Part shown: positions 27,052 to 40,814 of the stretch, piece by piece | How positions within the stretch are numbered: the first letter of the stretch is position 1 | How the letters are laid out: each line of letters begins with the position of its first letter | Source: Eledone cirrhosa | Lineage: Eukaryota | Assembly (NCBI GenBank): GCA_964016885.1 | Contig: OZ024740.1 | Span: 299,894,001 to 299,958,000, forward strand | Direction: 5' to 3' | Length of the DNA: 64,000 bases | The notes under the pieces: generated by a model | Database searches by the model: none | Told to the model about the DNA's origin: nothing | What the model saw: only the letters and a program-made list of their open reading frames with translations | Program-made: the position numbers and the translations under genes

Positions 27052-27999
27052 CTAGCAGTAAAGCCCGGCGTTGCTCGGGGTCGCTCAGTAGCTGTGTTAA
27101 AGTTACAATGTTAAGTTTCTTTTTTGGCTTAAAAACTGTAGTGTCTACTGTGCAGACTTGCATGTGGTGTTTTTGATTAATATTCCCTCAACCAACAATA
27201 TGCCTTATGAAGTTAAGAAAACATAACGATAACCCGAATGTTATAACAAAAGAGGATGCTGGGGATAAAAACTGCACTGGTTATTTATTAACAAAGATCG
27301 AAAATGTAAACACTGCAACGCAGAGAAAAACATTAGCGTAACCAAATTATCAGTTATGTCTGTCTGCACGCCTATATCACCTCTCTGCACGACTGTCTGT
27401 CTGCACGCCTATATCACCTCTCTGCACGACTGTCTGTCTGCACGCCTATATCACCTCTCTGCACGACTGTCTGTCTGCACGCGTATATCACCTCTCTGCA
27501 CGACTGTCTGTCTGCACGACTGTCTGTCTGCACGCCTAACGACGAAATATTTGCTTGTTTTACGTAGTCTTTAAATAGACTTGTTTTCAAGTAAAAATAT
27601 TGTTTTAAAATGCTTTTAAATGGAAATGAAGCAAAACGGAAGCCTAGTGTTCGAACTGATGAATTTTGCAGGTCAATATTTTGCTGGCTCGACAACTGTT
27701 CGTGTATTGTATTAATGTCATTTTAAACGCTGAGAAAGCCAGCGTAATTTTTTACGTAAGACGCTCAATGTAAACAGAACAAAGGGAAATAACTGATAAC
27801 TTACGCTTAAAAATCGATACATTATATTCGATTTCGTCACATAGGGTGGGTCAATTTGAAATATTTTTTTTCCGATGTCTTCGCTAGGGCTCAATGTACA
27901 AGTATAGTAATTTCGGTGCAATTCCGTGAGAGATTCTAAGAGGAGATGTGTGCCAAAAATCGATAGACAGACAGACAACCTCAGTTTTATATATATAGA
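27052..27999 (-). mobile_element. Non-autonomous Helitron
   Basis: Minus strand begins TCTATATATATAAAA and ends with hairpin CCCGAGCAACGCCGGG plus CTAG; inserted between A and T with no TSD. Confidence 0.88.
27357..27537. repeat. 37-bp minisatellite inside the Helitron
   Basis: tgtctgtctgcacgcctatatcacctctctgcacgac, ~4-5 copies. Confidence 0.95.
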
Positions 28000-28533
28000 T
28001 TGCAGAATATATCTCTAAATTCTAAAAGATTATGTAGACACAAATTTAAGCCCCTTGCGTTTATAAACAAAATCTCTATATGCTTATCTGCATATAGAAA
28101 TTTATCTACATAATGAGAGAGCAGTCGGGTTTTTTTATGAAACTCCTGTCTTGATGAAATTTCAACAACAACTAGATACACACTTTAAACATCCACGGAT
28201 GAAATGCTTATGAACCCACTTTTGCTATGGACCAATATGAGCGCAACAGTGCTAACACATGAGTAATTCCTTACTCTATCTGTAAGCCAAAAACAGTCAT
28301 ATATGCAACTTGCTCTGTTCGGTTTATTTAAAACCTTATTAATAATGAATTTGTAAATAATGACTTGAGAGACAGCTGAAGAAAATAATCAGGCTTTGGG
28401 GACGGAAGTACAGAAAGAAATCATTTCTCTCGTTGATGGTATTTATGTGAAATACGAGATTATGTATTACATAAACTTACGTGTTATATCCTACATAGGA
28501 TATAAAACATGGTGTTAATGCTCTCAATAGATA

Positions 28534-28682
28534 GAGTGCTGGCTGTAAGTTTATAGATATATTCAGTGGAAAGTATTTTATTAATGATATATGCACGGTA
28601 CTAAGTCTCTCAATACATACAGTGCTGGCTGTAAGTTTATAGGTATATTCAGTGGAAAGTATTTTATTAATGATATATGCAG
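28534..28682. repeat. Local duplication, period ~87 bp
   Basis: agtgctggctgtaagtttatag..tcagtggaaagtattttattaatgatatatgca occurs twice. Confidence 0.9.
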
Positions 28683-31600
28683 CGGTCAAGTACTGATGTC
28701 AGTTTAATCGACTGCTTTAACAAAAAATAATAAAAAACGTGTAGATTCGTGTCATACTTAAAAATCAATATTATCCACAAATTGATAATCGAATTTCAGA
28801 GTTTTCTTCTATATCAAATATTCAGAGACTAGTATTTACCTGTACCCCTATACACACACGTACACACGCACAAACACACACACATACATACATACACACA
28901 ACCTGACACAGAATCAGATACACACCGACACACACTCAGAAACACACACATATATATATATGTATATGTGTGTGTGTGTGTGTGTGTAAGTGTATGAGTG
29001 TGTCTGTGTATGAGTAGATGTAGCATATATATTTCTCAAAATGGGTGAACATCTATTGAAATATCTAACTAACTATATCTAACTCAAAAGCAAATTTTTA
29101 TGGTATCATGTGTGAGGAATTTTATCTGATATATCGTCATAAATATATGTAGAATATTGTTCTATTAATGTTACCCGTGCTCTGATGAAACTGACCTTAT
29201 GTATTGCACATTTCTTTGAAAATTAGCAATAGTAGCAGTCGTATTATAACTACAACATATATAACATGATGAGAAACAAATTGAGTTTTTCATATATCAC
29301 ACTATATTACTGTGTACTGCAAAATATCACTGTATATATACACACACACATATACACATACACACTCTCTCACACACACACACATATATATATATATTAA
29401 TATATATATATATACACACACTATGAAATCCAATAAGATTAGCATATATCATATATGGTATGAAATTAAATGAATATCTACTATATAACTGGGGAGAAGA
29501 ATAAGTATGTTGAATGTAACATAATATTAAACTTATTGGTTTCATTTAGTCTCTGCATATAAGCGTATATATTAATGGAAGGGTCTCAGATCCTAAGTCC
29601 TCACAGCAAGCTACAACCGATGCGGATGCCTTCCCATATTGCTATACATTTAGATTTTTCTCGATACCATTTACTTAAATCATTTATTAATACGTACAGA
29701 AAGGCAGAACGGTTACCTAATTTGCAGTAAAGACCAAATGTCGTTATGAATAGAATTAGAACTAAGATTTATATTATCTTTCACTATTTATCCATTGCCA
29801 AACACGGTTACATATATAATTATCGCAAAAGCTAGACAGGAATATTCATATCAATAATACGTTATGATATAACATGAGCATCATTTAGGTTATAGTTGGT
29901 GGTGTGGTACCCATATAACATCAAGCTAACCCTGATTACGCAGGCCAATAATCGTACATCTTTTATCCATGAATACATACGTATTTATTCTTATGAGATA
30001 CTACGGACCAATGTCAGAAAATATTGGCATATATTTATAGCTTGTCTGGTGACCGCGTATCCCGGGTGAATTATTATTATTTTCTTTTTCTTTAAGTGCA
30101 AAGTGATGATAGATCTCCAGCCTTAATAAGCATTTCATAGTATATAACTTTGTTCTATCTTACTGAACCTTTTAGGTATTCAACAAGATTTAGGTATGTA
30201 GAACGTAGGTAGATCACATAGCAATAATGAGGAAGAATGCATTACGTTGTTTAATATCCACGAAATGAGAGTCCTGAAATTCGAAGGACGCAGTCAGTTA
30301 TGTATATAATACATTTTAAACGTCAGTGTGATTCTGACTAGAACAACTACGATCATGGATCTGTTTTACCACTGCTAACTCTGTTAAAATCCGACCGTAG
30401 CCTACTGTAGTAGTAGACGTAATCCAGCGTCAGATTTAAAACCTCCACTTATACCTGGAGTGTGTTAAGAGGCATTTCGCCTGTTGCATGCATTTGGGGT
30501 AGATGTGCAGTTTGAGGACCTATTCCTAACACCCACTCACACTGGTCTCAGAAGCATTGAAAGTGTAAGCAATAATATTTTCTTTTAGGCTGAACTTGTG
30601 AAACGACAAAACATTAACTCCATTAAAGAAAATATTACTAAACTATCAAATGGCTGCAGCTGAAGAATTTGCGCCTCTCCCCATCAAAACAAGAAACATC
30701 TAAACTGTCGGAAATCATTTCATTTTTATTTTTCATTAGCATATGTGATCTACGGTGCTAACAGATATGTCTGTTTTATTTCTCAGTTACTTATATGCAA
30801 TCATAAACGAAGCACAATGTTTAAATCTTTTAACGGCTTATAATACAGTATAGGAAAGAAAACGGAGAGAAAAAGTTACAAAAGTTGTGATTTGCTGGGA
30901 AATCATAACATATTGAATATATTGAGACACTCTCACTTTAGAAGAAAGGTTAGATCACCACAAGAAATGTATTGCAATGTATAGATTCACAAATCTACAT
31001 TCTGATATCTAATTGACTATATACAAATGACGACAAAATATATACAAATAATACGATGGTCGCATAGTTTGAAACTGTAATGATTCCCAATTATATTTGA
31101 CGATATATCTAGTCAGAATATGAATACGTCGATGTGCTTGAAATGACATGAACGTTTCTTTCAAACCAACACAATTGAACGGAGAAGGTAACAAAATATA
31201 GGAGCGATCACAACCACAAAATATTTGAATATCAGTCTGCTCGTTTAGAAGGGTTACTGAGCAATAAGAAATAAGGGCAGCAATAAGAAAGCATTATACA
31301 TTTCTCTTCAGTAGGAGACATCCTATTCACTGTTTCAAAATCCGAAAGAATCGATTTCGGTTTGTGTCACTAAAAAGTAGATGAAATATTTAGATGTGAT
31401 ACAATGTTTAATGATGTAGATTACACCTTTATACGCCATTGGTATGTAAAAAAATAACAGTCTTTCTTAGATCTAAAATACATTTTGAACACCTAGACAT
31501 GACTGACACGCAGGTAGTTAATGAATTCTGCGAGACAATTTTCATTGCCAATCGAAGGTAGTTCCTTCACGCACGTGGCTGATGGTATTCAGGAAAGGAA

Positions 31601-33747
31601 GGAATACCATATAGTTCCATAATAAGGCTAAAATAGCGTTGTTCTTAAGTAGACCAGCAACGTTTCTTTCTTTGATTTCTCCTGTATCTCAGTGCAAAGC
31701 TAACACCAATAATCTCTCTTGAGAATCTGGAGGCTTAAATAAACACTGATTTATTTTAGATATAAACAAAGCACTCTCACTTTTATTTTATTTCTGACGT
31801 TTTACAAAGTCTTTGAAGATTAACTCTATTATTAATCTCCATGCTTATTTCCATAAACATTCTGTAACCCTTTTACTCTTTCTGAAATATTTTACGACAG
31901 ATGTTGAAGAAATATACATTTTGTAGATGTATATTTTTAAATTTGAAAATTATTTTAAGTGAGATGAAAATAAATATCTTTCAATAAATACAAGTATTAT
32001 TATATAAAATATTTGAATCTAGTAAACAAACTATATTTATGGCTTTCAAATAAAACAAATTAGATATTTGATGTTACCAAATATTTGAATACAAACTTTG
32101 TTAACATGGTGATTATATTTTAAATAATAAATAACAAAGGAGACTTGCGAATTATTGTTTCAATTTGAAAAATAATGCCATATTCGTGTGTCTTGGTGAA
32201 TATATTTAATTAAACAGAAACGATAACTTAACTAGTATTTTGTTCATCAATCACGGGGTAAAAATACAAGTTAGCACTAGTGCGAAATTGAATATAATAC
32301 AACTATATTTCTATGTTCTATCATTTCCCCCTGTACACCCATTTACACAAAAGTAGGGTTTTAAAACGGCGGCCTCACAAAACCTCCACACACTAAAGAA
32401 AATCACATTCATAGAATCATGTATGCGTGCGCACACATTTTAAATGTTGAATACATACACACATCAATACACGGCCACAGAATGGCACATGCAGTACCAC
32501 TATATTTTGATTTAAAATCTTGCAAGTATCCGCATCTTTCAACTATGAAAAGTGAAAACAACGAGGCGTGGTCACAACGTGGTCATTCGGATTGCTAGAA
32601 ATAGCGGAGGAAATCTCTTTTAAATTAGTTCCCAATATCTTGAAAATATATAGCAGGCACTGGATAACGTCTTATTATATATATTGAACCTAAATCAAAT
32701 ATGAGACGGTACCACCTGACTGAAATATCTTTGCTCAGAGCCCTATTTATGTTCACTTACCCAGATTTAAACACTTTCAAAATTAGCATCAATAGAACCA
32801 CAAACAGCATCAATGTTAAACACATCCCTCCCCTCCCAATAATTTCACCACGACTACCTGATAAAATACATACGAGTCATGTATTATTGTCGAAGACATT
32901 ATTGACTACACAAATCTGTAACTTGGTACTGAAATAATAAATATTTATTAGTGATAAATATTGAATATTATTTTCCGTGTATAAAGTCTCTCAAATATAT
33001 AAATTATTATTAAATACTATTTTGTTAGATTTTTTATTGCAGAAACCTTACAAGTGTGCTAATAGTTAATGTTTTATGAGGCCATACAATCTCTTTTTTA
33101 ATCTCGTAGATTTCGTGGCATTACGCTTATATTTTTCTTTGTATAATTCATATGAAATATATGTTTTACGAAAAAGGTATCAATTTATTATGAAATATAT
33201 GTAAATGTGTGACGTCCAAACGAATATCCTCCCCTCCAACTACATTGCCCTCTTCCTCCGGGTTTCGGTCGACATTATGTAGAATTCCTTGCTTGCCCCG
33301 GGTGATGGCGAGGGAGACGCGCTACAACAGCCATGCCACCTCGTGCTGCATGCAATTGCGGGCAGCCAAATTTGCTCCCATACTGTCTTACGATAGGGGA
33401 ATGTGTACTGCTACAATGATTTGACATTCCAGTCTTCGAGACTAATTTTTTATTTCAGGGCTTTGTGTATCACTCGAAAGGCATATACGTCTAATTGTAA
33501 AGGTTATAGGCTTCTCTCCTGCTTTGGGTCCCTACACTATATTTATTCTGTGGCAAAGATATTCCCCCCAAAATGGTTATAATTACATATTATAGTTGGT
33601 TCGCCGTATTGTCAAGTTTTACATTAACTTCAAATGCAGAATAGCATAGCGCGAAATAGTCTCAAAAAAAAAGAACGTTTTGCTAATTGGTTCTAGGCAC
33701 ATTGTACCTGAGGAATAGTGCGGGATCCTTACAATATCTGTGCATTT

Positions 33748-33986
<239 letters not shown>

Positions 33987-35516
33987 CGTATATATATTCA
34001 CTCTAAACAACATAAGTAAAATATTGTATATTCACGTAAATACATTTCCCTGTTATGCAGCTAGTACGACGCTGTTGATAGTGATACGATACAATATACA
34101 TAAGGATTTCCTAATTCGTATATGATTATACAATAGAATATTTCATAAAAGCATATATACTGGATTAACAATTTTAGTTGTATCCCACTTTTGTTTTGAT
34201 AAACAACGTCTAAATCCCATGAAATATCTTGTGCTGGATCCTCAATAACGTTTTCAGTATATTGTTCCCAATTTAAACAAAGTGATTTTAATTTCATCCT
34301 TTATTCATCTTAGTGTGGATTATATAGCTATTTCTGAGTAGCTCAAATTTAGTATGTTGGATAATCTGTTGATTGAATATTTCAGACGACAAAATTAGTT
34401 TCCTGAGATTGAAGAAATACATCAAATATTAGTTCCAGTACTAACAATATATATATATATATATATAAAGAGTTGACAAAATATATAATTAGATATAATG
34501 AAATACCAATCTAATTTTTTATCACAAATCTCAGCGAGTAATTAAAATAACAATATATAGAAAATAGTGAGAAACAGATAGTTATCAGATTTTAGTGGTC
34601 AGTTCACATTCAAATTCCATTGGTACTTTTTATATTTTGTGTAGAAACTGCAATTGTATAAATACCATGAAACTTCATTTCTCACATGGTATGAAGCCTG
34701 GTATCTCTTTTTTACTCCCCACTTTACACCATTTAACTCTCCTCCAATTCGCTCTCTCACATTCCTCTCCCATTAAAGGAGATTGCTTTTCACAAAACAA
34801 TCTTAATCCGGCAGAGCGAAATATTTAAAACATTCTAAACAACTATAAACATACATATTGAGGTGTATTTTAATTGTTTTTTAGTGAATTCTGTTATATT
34901 ACTTCTGAAAATACACAATCTTTGAAAATGACTATATCGATTATTTTCCAGTTGTTTATATGTGGTACTAACATATATATTAATGCAGGTAAAGACCTGT
35001 GTCGAAAGTGGTTAAGCAAGGGAGACGCCTCAGGCGAATTCAGACCACAACGTATTAAAATATTTGCCTGAAACAATTTCCCTTATATCATTAATGTTTT
35101 TCCAATATTACTTTTCTTAAAAATCTATCATTCAGGGGATCTAACATTCTCTAAAAGGAGAGTTGTTTGTTTTGTAGATTTTTATCAACACGAAACTCAG
35201 ATTTTGATTAAACTGTAATTATCTACTAAGTGAACATGTCACTCCATTAGACAGGTTGGTCAGGTACTCAACATAGAATAAGTTAAAGATTCTAAATAAC
35301 CTTAAGAGTCAGTCAAAATAGTTCATTTTTAAAGACAACTGTAAAATCCTAAACTGTTACCCCTTAAGCAAAATACATGGTGACAAACATTACTATCATC
35401 CACATTCGGGATTACGTATTCATATCCATGCGCCATATATATATATATATATAATGGTAGAACACTGGAAGGGAATATCCGTAGTGGTAGAGCACACAGT
35501 CCATGGGACCAGGTAG

Positions 35517-35691
35517 GTAGAAGTGGTTACACAACAGTTAGTTCACCATAGCGAGAACAATTGTTTCACCTGAGCTCGTAATTGACAGGGTTATACAGCC
35601 CGTTCTGTATAACCATGTCCATTACGAGCTGAGGATCCGCTAAGGTGCAACAATTGTTCTCGGTATGGGGAACTAACTGTTGTGTAACCAC

Positions 35692-35696
<5 letters not shown>
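35517..35696. mobile_element. Fold-back element with two damaged hammerheads
   Basis: Inverted arms about ~35600. Plus arm 35625-35662: CGAG-CUGAGGA-UCC..GGU-GCAA(A13>C)-CAAUU-GUU-CUCG. The minus arm keeps GAAAC but lost part of the core and stem II. Confidence 0.75.
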
Positions 35697-35755
<59 letters not shown>

Positions 35756-35839
35756 CAAAGGAATTGCGGTAAGGAAACAGATATACCATAACGCATCAGA
35801 GTACCTAATACTTAGGGTAGTAGAGTGAGAAATAGGAAA

Positions 35840-35947
35840 AAGTATTTCCCCGACGGCAGAGCTCAAGTCGTTTCGACGGATATTTCTGGACTAAATTAGA
35901 ATTTTTAGCCTGGTGAATAAATAGCCGAACTTGTCAAGGGGGTACTT
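35840..35947 (-). ncRNA. Hammerhead with U3-A8 core in left pLTR
   Basis: AAGUA C CCCC-UUGACAA-G..long stem II..C-GAAA-CGAC..GCC-GUC-GGGG AAA UACUU. Confidence 0.7.
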
Positions 35948-36357
35948 CCATAAATGGGAAGATTGCAGTTGTCAAAAGAATTCGTTAAAATTTGTTGTAA
36001 ACACAAATACGTCTATCATGGCATTTGGTGGGAGGTAGGGGTGGCTGAACTTGCCTGTAGAACTATAGGGGAGTGAGTGGAGCGGTCAAGCGTTGAAAGT
36101 GATATGTATACAGCATATTCTAAGGATAGTGTATGAAGTGGAGGAGGGAGGTTATAGAATAGGTAAATCGAATGAGAGTAGGAGACAATAAAAGATAATA
36201 GAAATAAATAAAAAATAAATATAAAATTAGATAGTGAGAAATGAATAAAAAATCACAATGCTATCTTACAATTACAGGTTAATAAGTTGAGAATAGAAAA
36301 AACTTGTCGAAATTGAGTAGTAACAAAACTGATACAAAATTAAAGGGGTTTAACAGT

Positions 36358-37528
36358 ATGGGCGCGAGGGATTCAGCCGAGGTCACATATTTTATAGGAT
36401 TATTCCTACTATTTAAACTCACCGAAATGTTTCCTGCATTCGGCGGTGGATTGTACCGGGATGATGAGCTCCTCACCCTCAAAGGGTACAACCCCAGTAG
36501 TACAGACCTGGCCCGTAAACAACTAATCAACTTCTCCCGGGACTGGGGATTTAAAATCACCCTACAATCGTCCCTAACGCTAGTCAATTTCCTGGACGTT
36601 ACCCTTAACCTCGAAAATGATCTGTACTACCCATACAGGAAACCAAACGACAGCCTGCACTACATCCACAGCCGCTCTAACCATCCTAGAAACATCACCA
36701 ATAACCTGGTTAAAAACAACTCCCTCCGCATATCTCGTTTGTCCGCTAATGAGCAGATATTCGACGAACACGCGCCTCAAGCGGAGTGGCCTCCGGGAGG
36801 AAATATCCTTTTATCCAGCCTCCCTTAGCGGAACCGGCAGGCGACACCGCCGATCACGCCACGTAACGTGGTTCAATCCTCCCCATAATGCTGAGGTGGC
36901 AACACCTATCGAGAAAATCTTCTTTAGACTCCTCGAAAAACACTTCCAACTACAACACTGCTACCACAACATAATCAACAGAAACACCATCAAACTCTCC
37001 TACAGCGCCACACTTAACTTCACACAAAACATCGTCTCGTCAAACTCAACCCCTATGGAAGAAATAATCTAGACATCAGTGGAGAGCCGACCAGGAGGTG
37101 TAACTGCCCTGATAGTTCTACGTGTCCCCTCAACAACAGATGCCGAGAACGTAACGTGATCTACCAGTGCAACGTGAGGACGGACACCTCCAACAAAGCT
37201 TATATAGGATTAACCGCGTGTGACTTCAAGACCCGGCTCTACCAACACCGACATACTTTCCGAAACCAGGTCCGGCGACATGCCACTACACTTTCGGGCC
37301 ACATCTGGGACCTGAAAGATAATAATATAACCTACAATTTCACTTGGAGCTTACTGTCCAGAGCTAACTCTTACACGGGAGGACGCCGTCCGTGTAACTT
37401 ATGCTCGGAGGAAACATTACAAATACTGATTTCGAAGGACCAACTCCTAAACAAGAAAGACAAACTGGTAAACACAGATTGCGTAGGACATACCTCGCCT
37501 TCAAACCCCATAACGACCCGTCTAGGTA
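36358..37528 (+). pseudogene. PLE RT (3' half) + GIY-YIG endonuclease, frameshifted
   Basis: MGARDSAEV, GLYRDD, NFLDVTLNL, YRKPN, SNHP, WFNPP, CNC..CPL..C, VIYQC..AYIGLT..FKTRLYQH, CNLCSEE. Confidence 0.92.
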
Positions 37529-38212
37529 GACAAGGGCTGATACCCCCCCATTTGGCGAATAAGTTAGGGGAAACCCCAGCTTACATAGGTAGATGTATCT
37601 CTTTTCTTTTCCTCTGTGTCTTCTTCTTCCCCCTATCTCATCCTATCACTTCTTTCCACTCCCTATTTTCTTCCTCGTCTGCTTTCCCCTTTCGCCTACC
37701 CCGACGCAGCCCATCATGCCTCTGTACTATCAGTTCCCCCACCCCTGTAATTTTAAGAAAGAATTGGCCGAATATGTTTTACTAACTACTTATAGCAGAT
37801 GTGTTAAACCCCTTTAATTTTGTATCATTTTTGTTACTACTCAATTTCTACATGTTTTTTTACTATTCTCATCTTATTAACCTGTAATTGTAAGATAGCA
37901 TTGTGATTTTTTTTATTCATTTCTCACTATCTAATTTTATATATTTTTTTTATTTCTTTCTATTATCTTTTATTGTCTCCTACTCTCATTCGATTTACCT
38001 ATTCTATAACCTCCTTCCTCCACTTCATACACTATCCTTAGAATCTGCTGTATACATATCACATTCAACGCTTGACCGCTCCACTCACTCCCCTATTCTT
38101 CTACAGACAAGTTCAGCCACCCTATCTCTCACCAAATGCCATGATAGACTTATTTGTGTTTACAACAAATTTTAACCAATCTTCTTGACAACTACAATCT
38201 TTCCATATAAGG

Positions 38213-38320
38213 AAGTACCCCTTTGACAAGTTCGGCTATTTATTCACCATGCTAAAAATTCTAATTTAGTCCAGAAATAGCCGTCGAAACGGCTTGAGCT
38301 CTTCCGTCGGGGTCATACTT
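38213..38320 (+). ncRNA. Hammerhead with U3-A8 core in right pLTR
   Basis: AAGUACCCCU-UUGACAA-GUUCGGCUAUUU..AAAUAGCCGUC-GAAA-CGG..CC-GUC-GGGGUCAUACUU. Confidence 0.75.
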
Positions 38321-38364
<44 letters not shown>

Positions 38365-38517
38365 ATAAATGCTCTGAAATAGCGATATATATGTGAATAT
38401 AGACATAGAATATTCGAAAATATTCTGTATGTTTATAATAAACATTTTGAAGACCTAATCGCTATAGAATAGAATACGTCACGTATTACAATTAGATTCT
38501 CGATAAAAGCAAGGGAA

Positions 38518-38560
38518 GTAATCTACGCGTTTCATTCTCGTTAGAAATCATCAGGACTAC
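38518..38560 (-). ncRNA. Minimal type I hammerhead, first of 7 minus-strand copies (period 310, last at 40378-40420)
   Basis: GUAGUC-CUGAUGA-UUUCU AACG AGAAU-GAAA-CGC-GUA-GAUUAC; palindromic stem III ACGCGU. Confidence 0.92.
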
Positions 38561-40771
38561 ATATCCAGTGCTTTTATCGAGAATGACACAGCTAGAGACT
38601 TATAGAATACTTAGCTGTGTACAGGAACTGGTTTGAAAGAGCGGTTGCCGGTCCGGCAGAAATTAGAAATTGGAATAAATGCTCTGAAATAGCGATATAT
38701 ATGTGAATATAGACATAGAATATTCGAAAATATTCTGTATGTTTATAATAAACATTTTGAAGACCTAATCGCTATAGAATAGAATACGTCACGTATTACA
38801 ATTAGATTCTCGATAAAAGCAAGGGAAGTAATCTACGCGTTTCATTCTCGTTAGAAATCATCAGGACTACATATCCAGTGCTTTTATCGAGAATGACACA
38901 GCTAGAGACTTATAGAATACTTAGCTGTGTACAGGAACTGGTTTGAAAGAGCGGTTGCCGGTCCGGCAGAAATTAGAAATTGGAATAAATGCTCTGAAAT
39001 AGCGATATATATGTGAATATAGACATAGAATATTCGAAAATATTCTGTATGTTTATAATAAACATTTTGAAGACCTAATCGCTATAGAATAGAATACGTC
39101 ACGTATTACAATTAGATTCTCGATAAAAGCAAGGGAAGTAATCTACGCGTTTCATTCTCGTTAGAAATCATCAGGACTACATATCCAGTGCTTTTATCGA
39201 GAATGACACAGCTAGAGACTTATAGAATACTTAGCTGTGTACAGGAACTGGTTTGAAAGAGCGGTTGCCGGTCCGGCAGAAATTAGAAATTGGAATAAAT
39301 GCTCTGAAATAGCGATATATATGTGAATATAGACATAGAATATTCGAAAATATTCTGTATGTTTATAATAAACATTTTGAAGACCTAATCGCTATAGAAT
39401 AGAATACGTCACGTATTACAATTAGATTCTCGATAAAAGCAAGGGAAGTAATCTACGCGTTTCATTCTCGTTAGAAATCATCAGGACTACATATCCAGTG
39501 CTTTTATCGAGAATGACACAGCTAGAGACTTATAGAATACTTAGCTGTGTACAGGAACTGGTTTGAAAGAGCGGTTGCCGGTCCGGCAGAAATTAGAAAT
39601 TGGAATAAATGCTCTGAAATAGCGATATATATGTGAATATAGACATAGAATATTCGAAAATATTCTGTATGTTTATAATAAACATTTTGAAGACCTAATC
39701 GCTATAGAATAGAATACGTCACGTATTACAATTAGATTCTCGATAAAAGCAAGGGAAGTAATCTACGCGTTTCATTCTCGTTAGAAATCATCAGGACTAC
39801 ATATCCAGTGCTTTTATCGAGAATGACACAGCTAGAGACTTATAGAATACTTAGCTGTGTACAGGAACTGGTTTGAAAGAGCGGTTGCCGGTCCGGCAGA
39901 AATTAGAAATTGGAATAAATGCTCTGAAATAGCGATATATATGTGAATATAGACATAGAATATTCGAAAATATTCTGTATGTTTATAATAAACATTTTGA
40001 AGACCTAATCGCTATAGAATAGAATACGTCACGTATTACAATTAGATTCTCGATAAAAGCAAGGGAAGTAATCTACGCGTTTCATTCTCGTTAGAAATCA
40101 TCAGGACTACATATCCAGTGCTTTTATCGAGAATGACACAGCTAGAGACTTATAGAATACTTAGCTGTGTACAGGAACTGGTTTGAAAGAGCGGTTGCCG
40201 GTCCGGCAGAAATTAGAAATTGGAATAAATGCTCTGAAATAGCGATATATATGTGAATATAGACATAGAATATTCGAAAATATTCTGTATGTTTATAATA
40301 AACATTTTGAAGACCTAATCGCTATAGAATAGAATACGTCACGTATTACAATTAGATTCTCGATAAAAGCAAGGGAAGTAATCTACGCGTTTCATTCTCG
40401 TTAGAAATCATCAGGACTACATATCCAGTGCTTTTATCGAGAATGACACAGCTAGAGACTTATAGAATACTTAGCTGTGTACAGGAATGAAACGCGTAGA
40501 TTACTTCCCTTGCTTTTATCGAGAATCTAATTGTAATACGTGACGTATTCTATTCTATAGCGATTAGGTCTTCAAAATGTTTATTATAAACATACAGAAT
40601 ATTTTCGAATATTCTATGTCTATATTCACATATATATCGCTATTTCAGAGCATTTATTCCAATTTCTAATTTCTGCCGGACCGGCAACCGCTCTTTCAAA
40701 CCAGTTCCTGTACACAGCTAAGTATTCTATAAGTCTCTAGCTGTGTCATTCTCGATAAAAGCACTGGATAT

Positions 40772-40814
40772 GTAGTCCTGATGATTTCTAACGAGAATGA
40801 AACGCGTAGATTAC
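40772..40814 (+). ncRNA. Minimal type I hammerhead, first of 3 plus-strand copies (also 41082-41124, 41392-41434)
   Basis: Same motif; stem I is extended by a 16-bp helix AUUCUCGAUAAAAGCA/UGCUUUUAUCGAGAAU. Confidence 0.92.

Larger units (their letters stand above)
35752..38325 (+). mobile_element. 5'-truncated PLE (probably Naiad-type) with inverted pseudo-LTRs
   Basis: Arms ~35838-36354 and ~37800-38323 are reverse complements around an RT/GIY-YIG relic; (TA)n on both sides. Confidence 0.9.

Noticed and set aside
27357-27537. 37-bp repeats resembling a CRISPR array
   Set aside because: No unique spacers; eukaryotic context inside a Helitron.
26199-30710. Isolated CTGANGA strings (e.g. 26199, 29182, 30660)
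   Set aside because: No stem I/II/III pairing with GAAA and NUH.
37530-37600. ctgata...gaaac hairpin after the PLE ORF as HHR or SECIS
   Set aside because: Core lacks G8/A9 and has no NUH or stem I; no clear SECIS quartet by eye.
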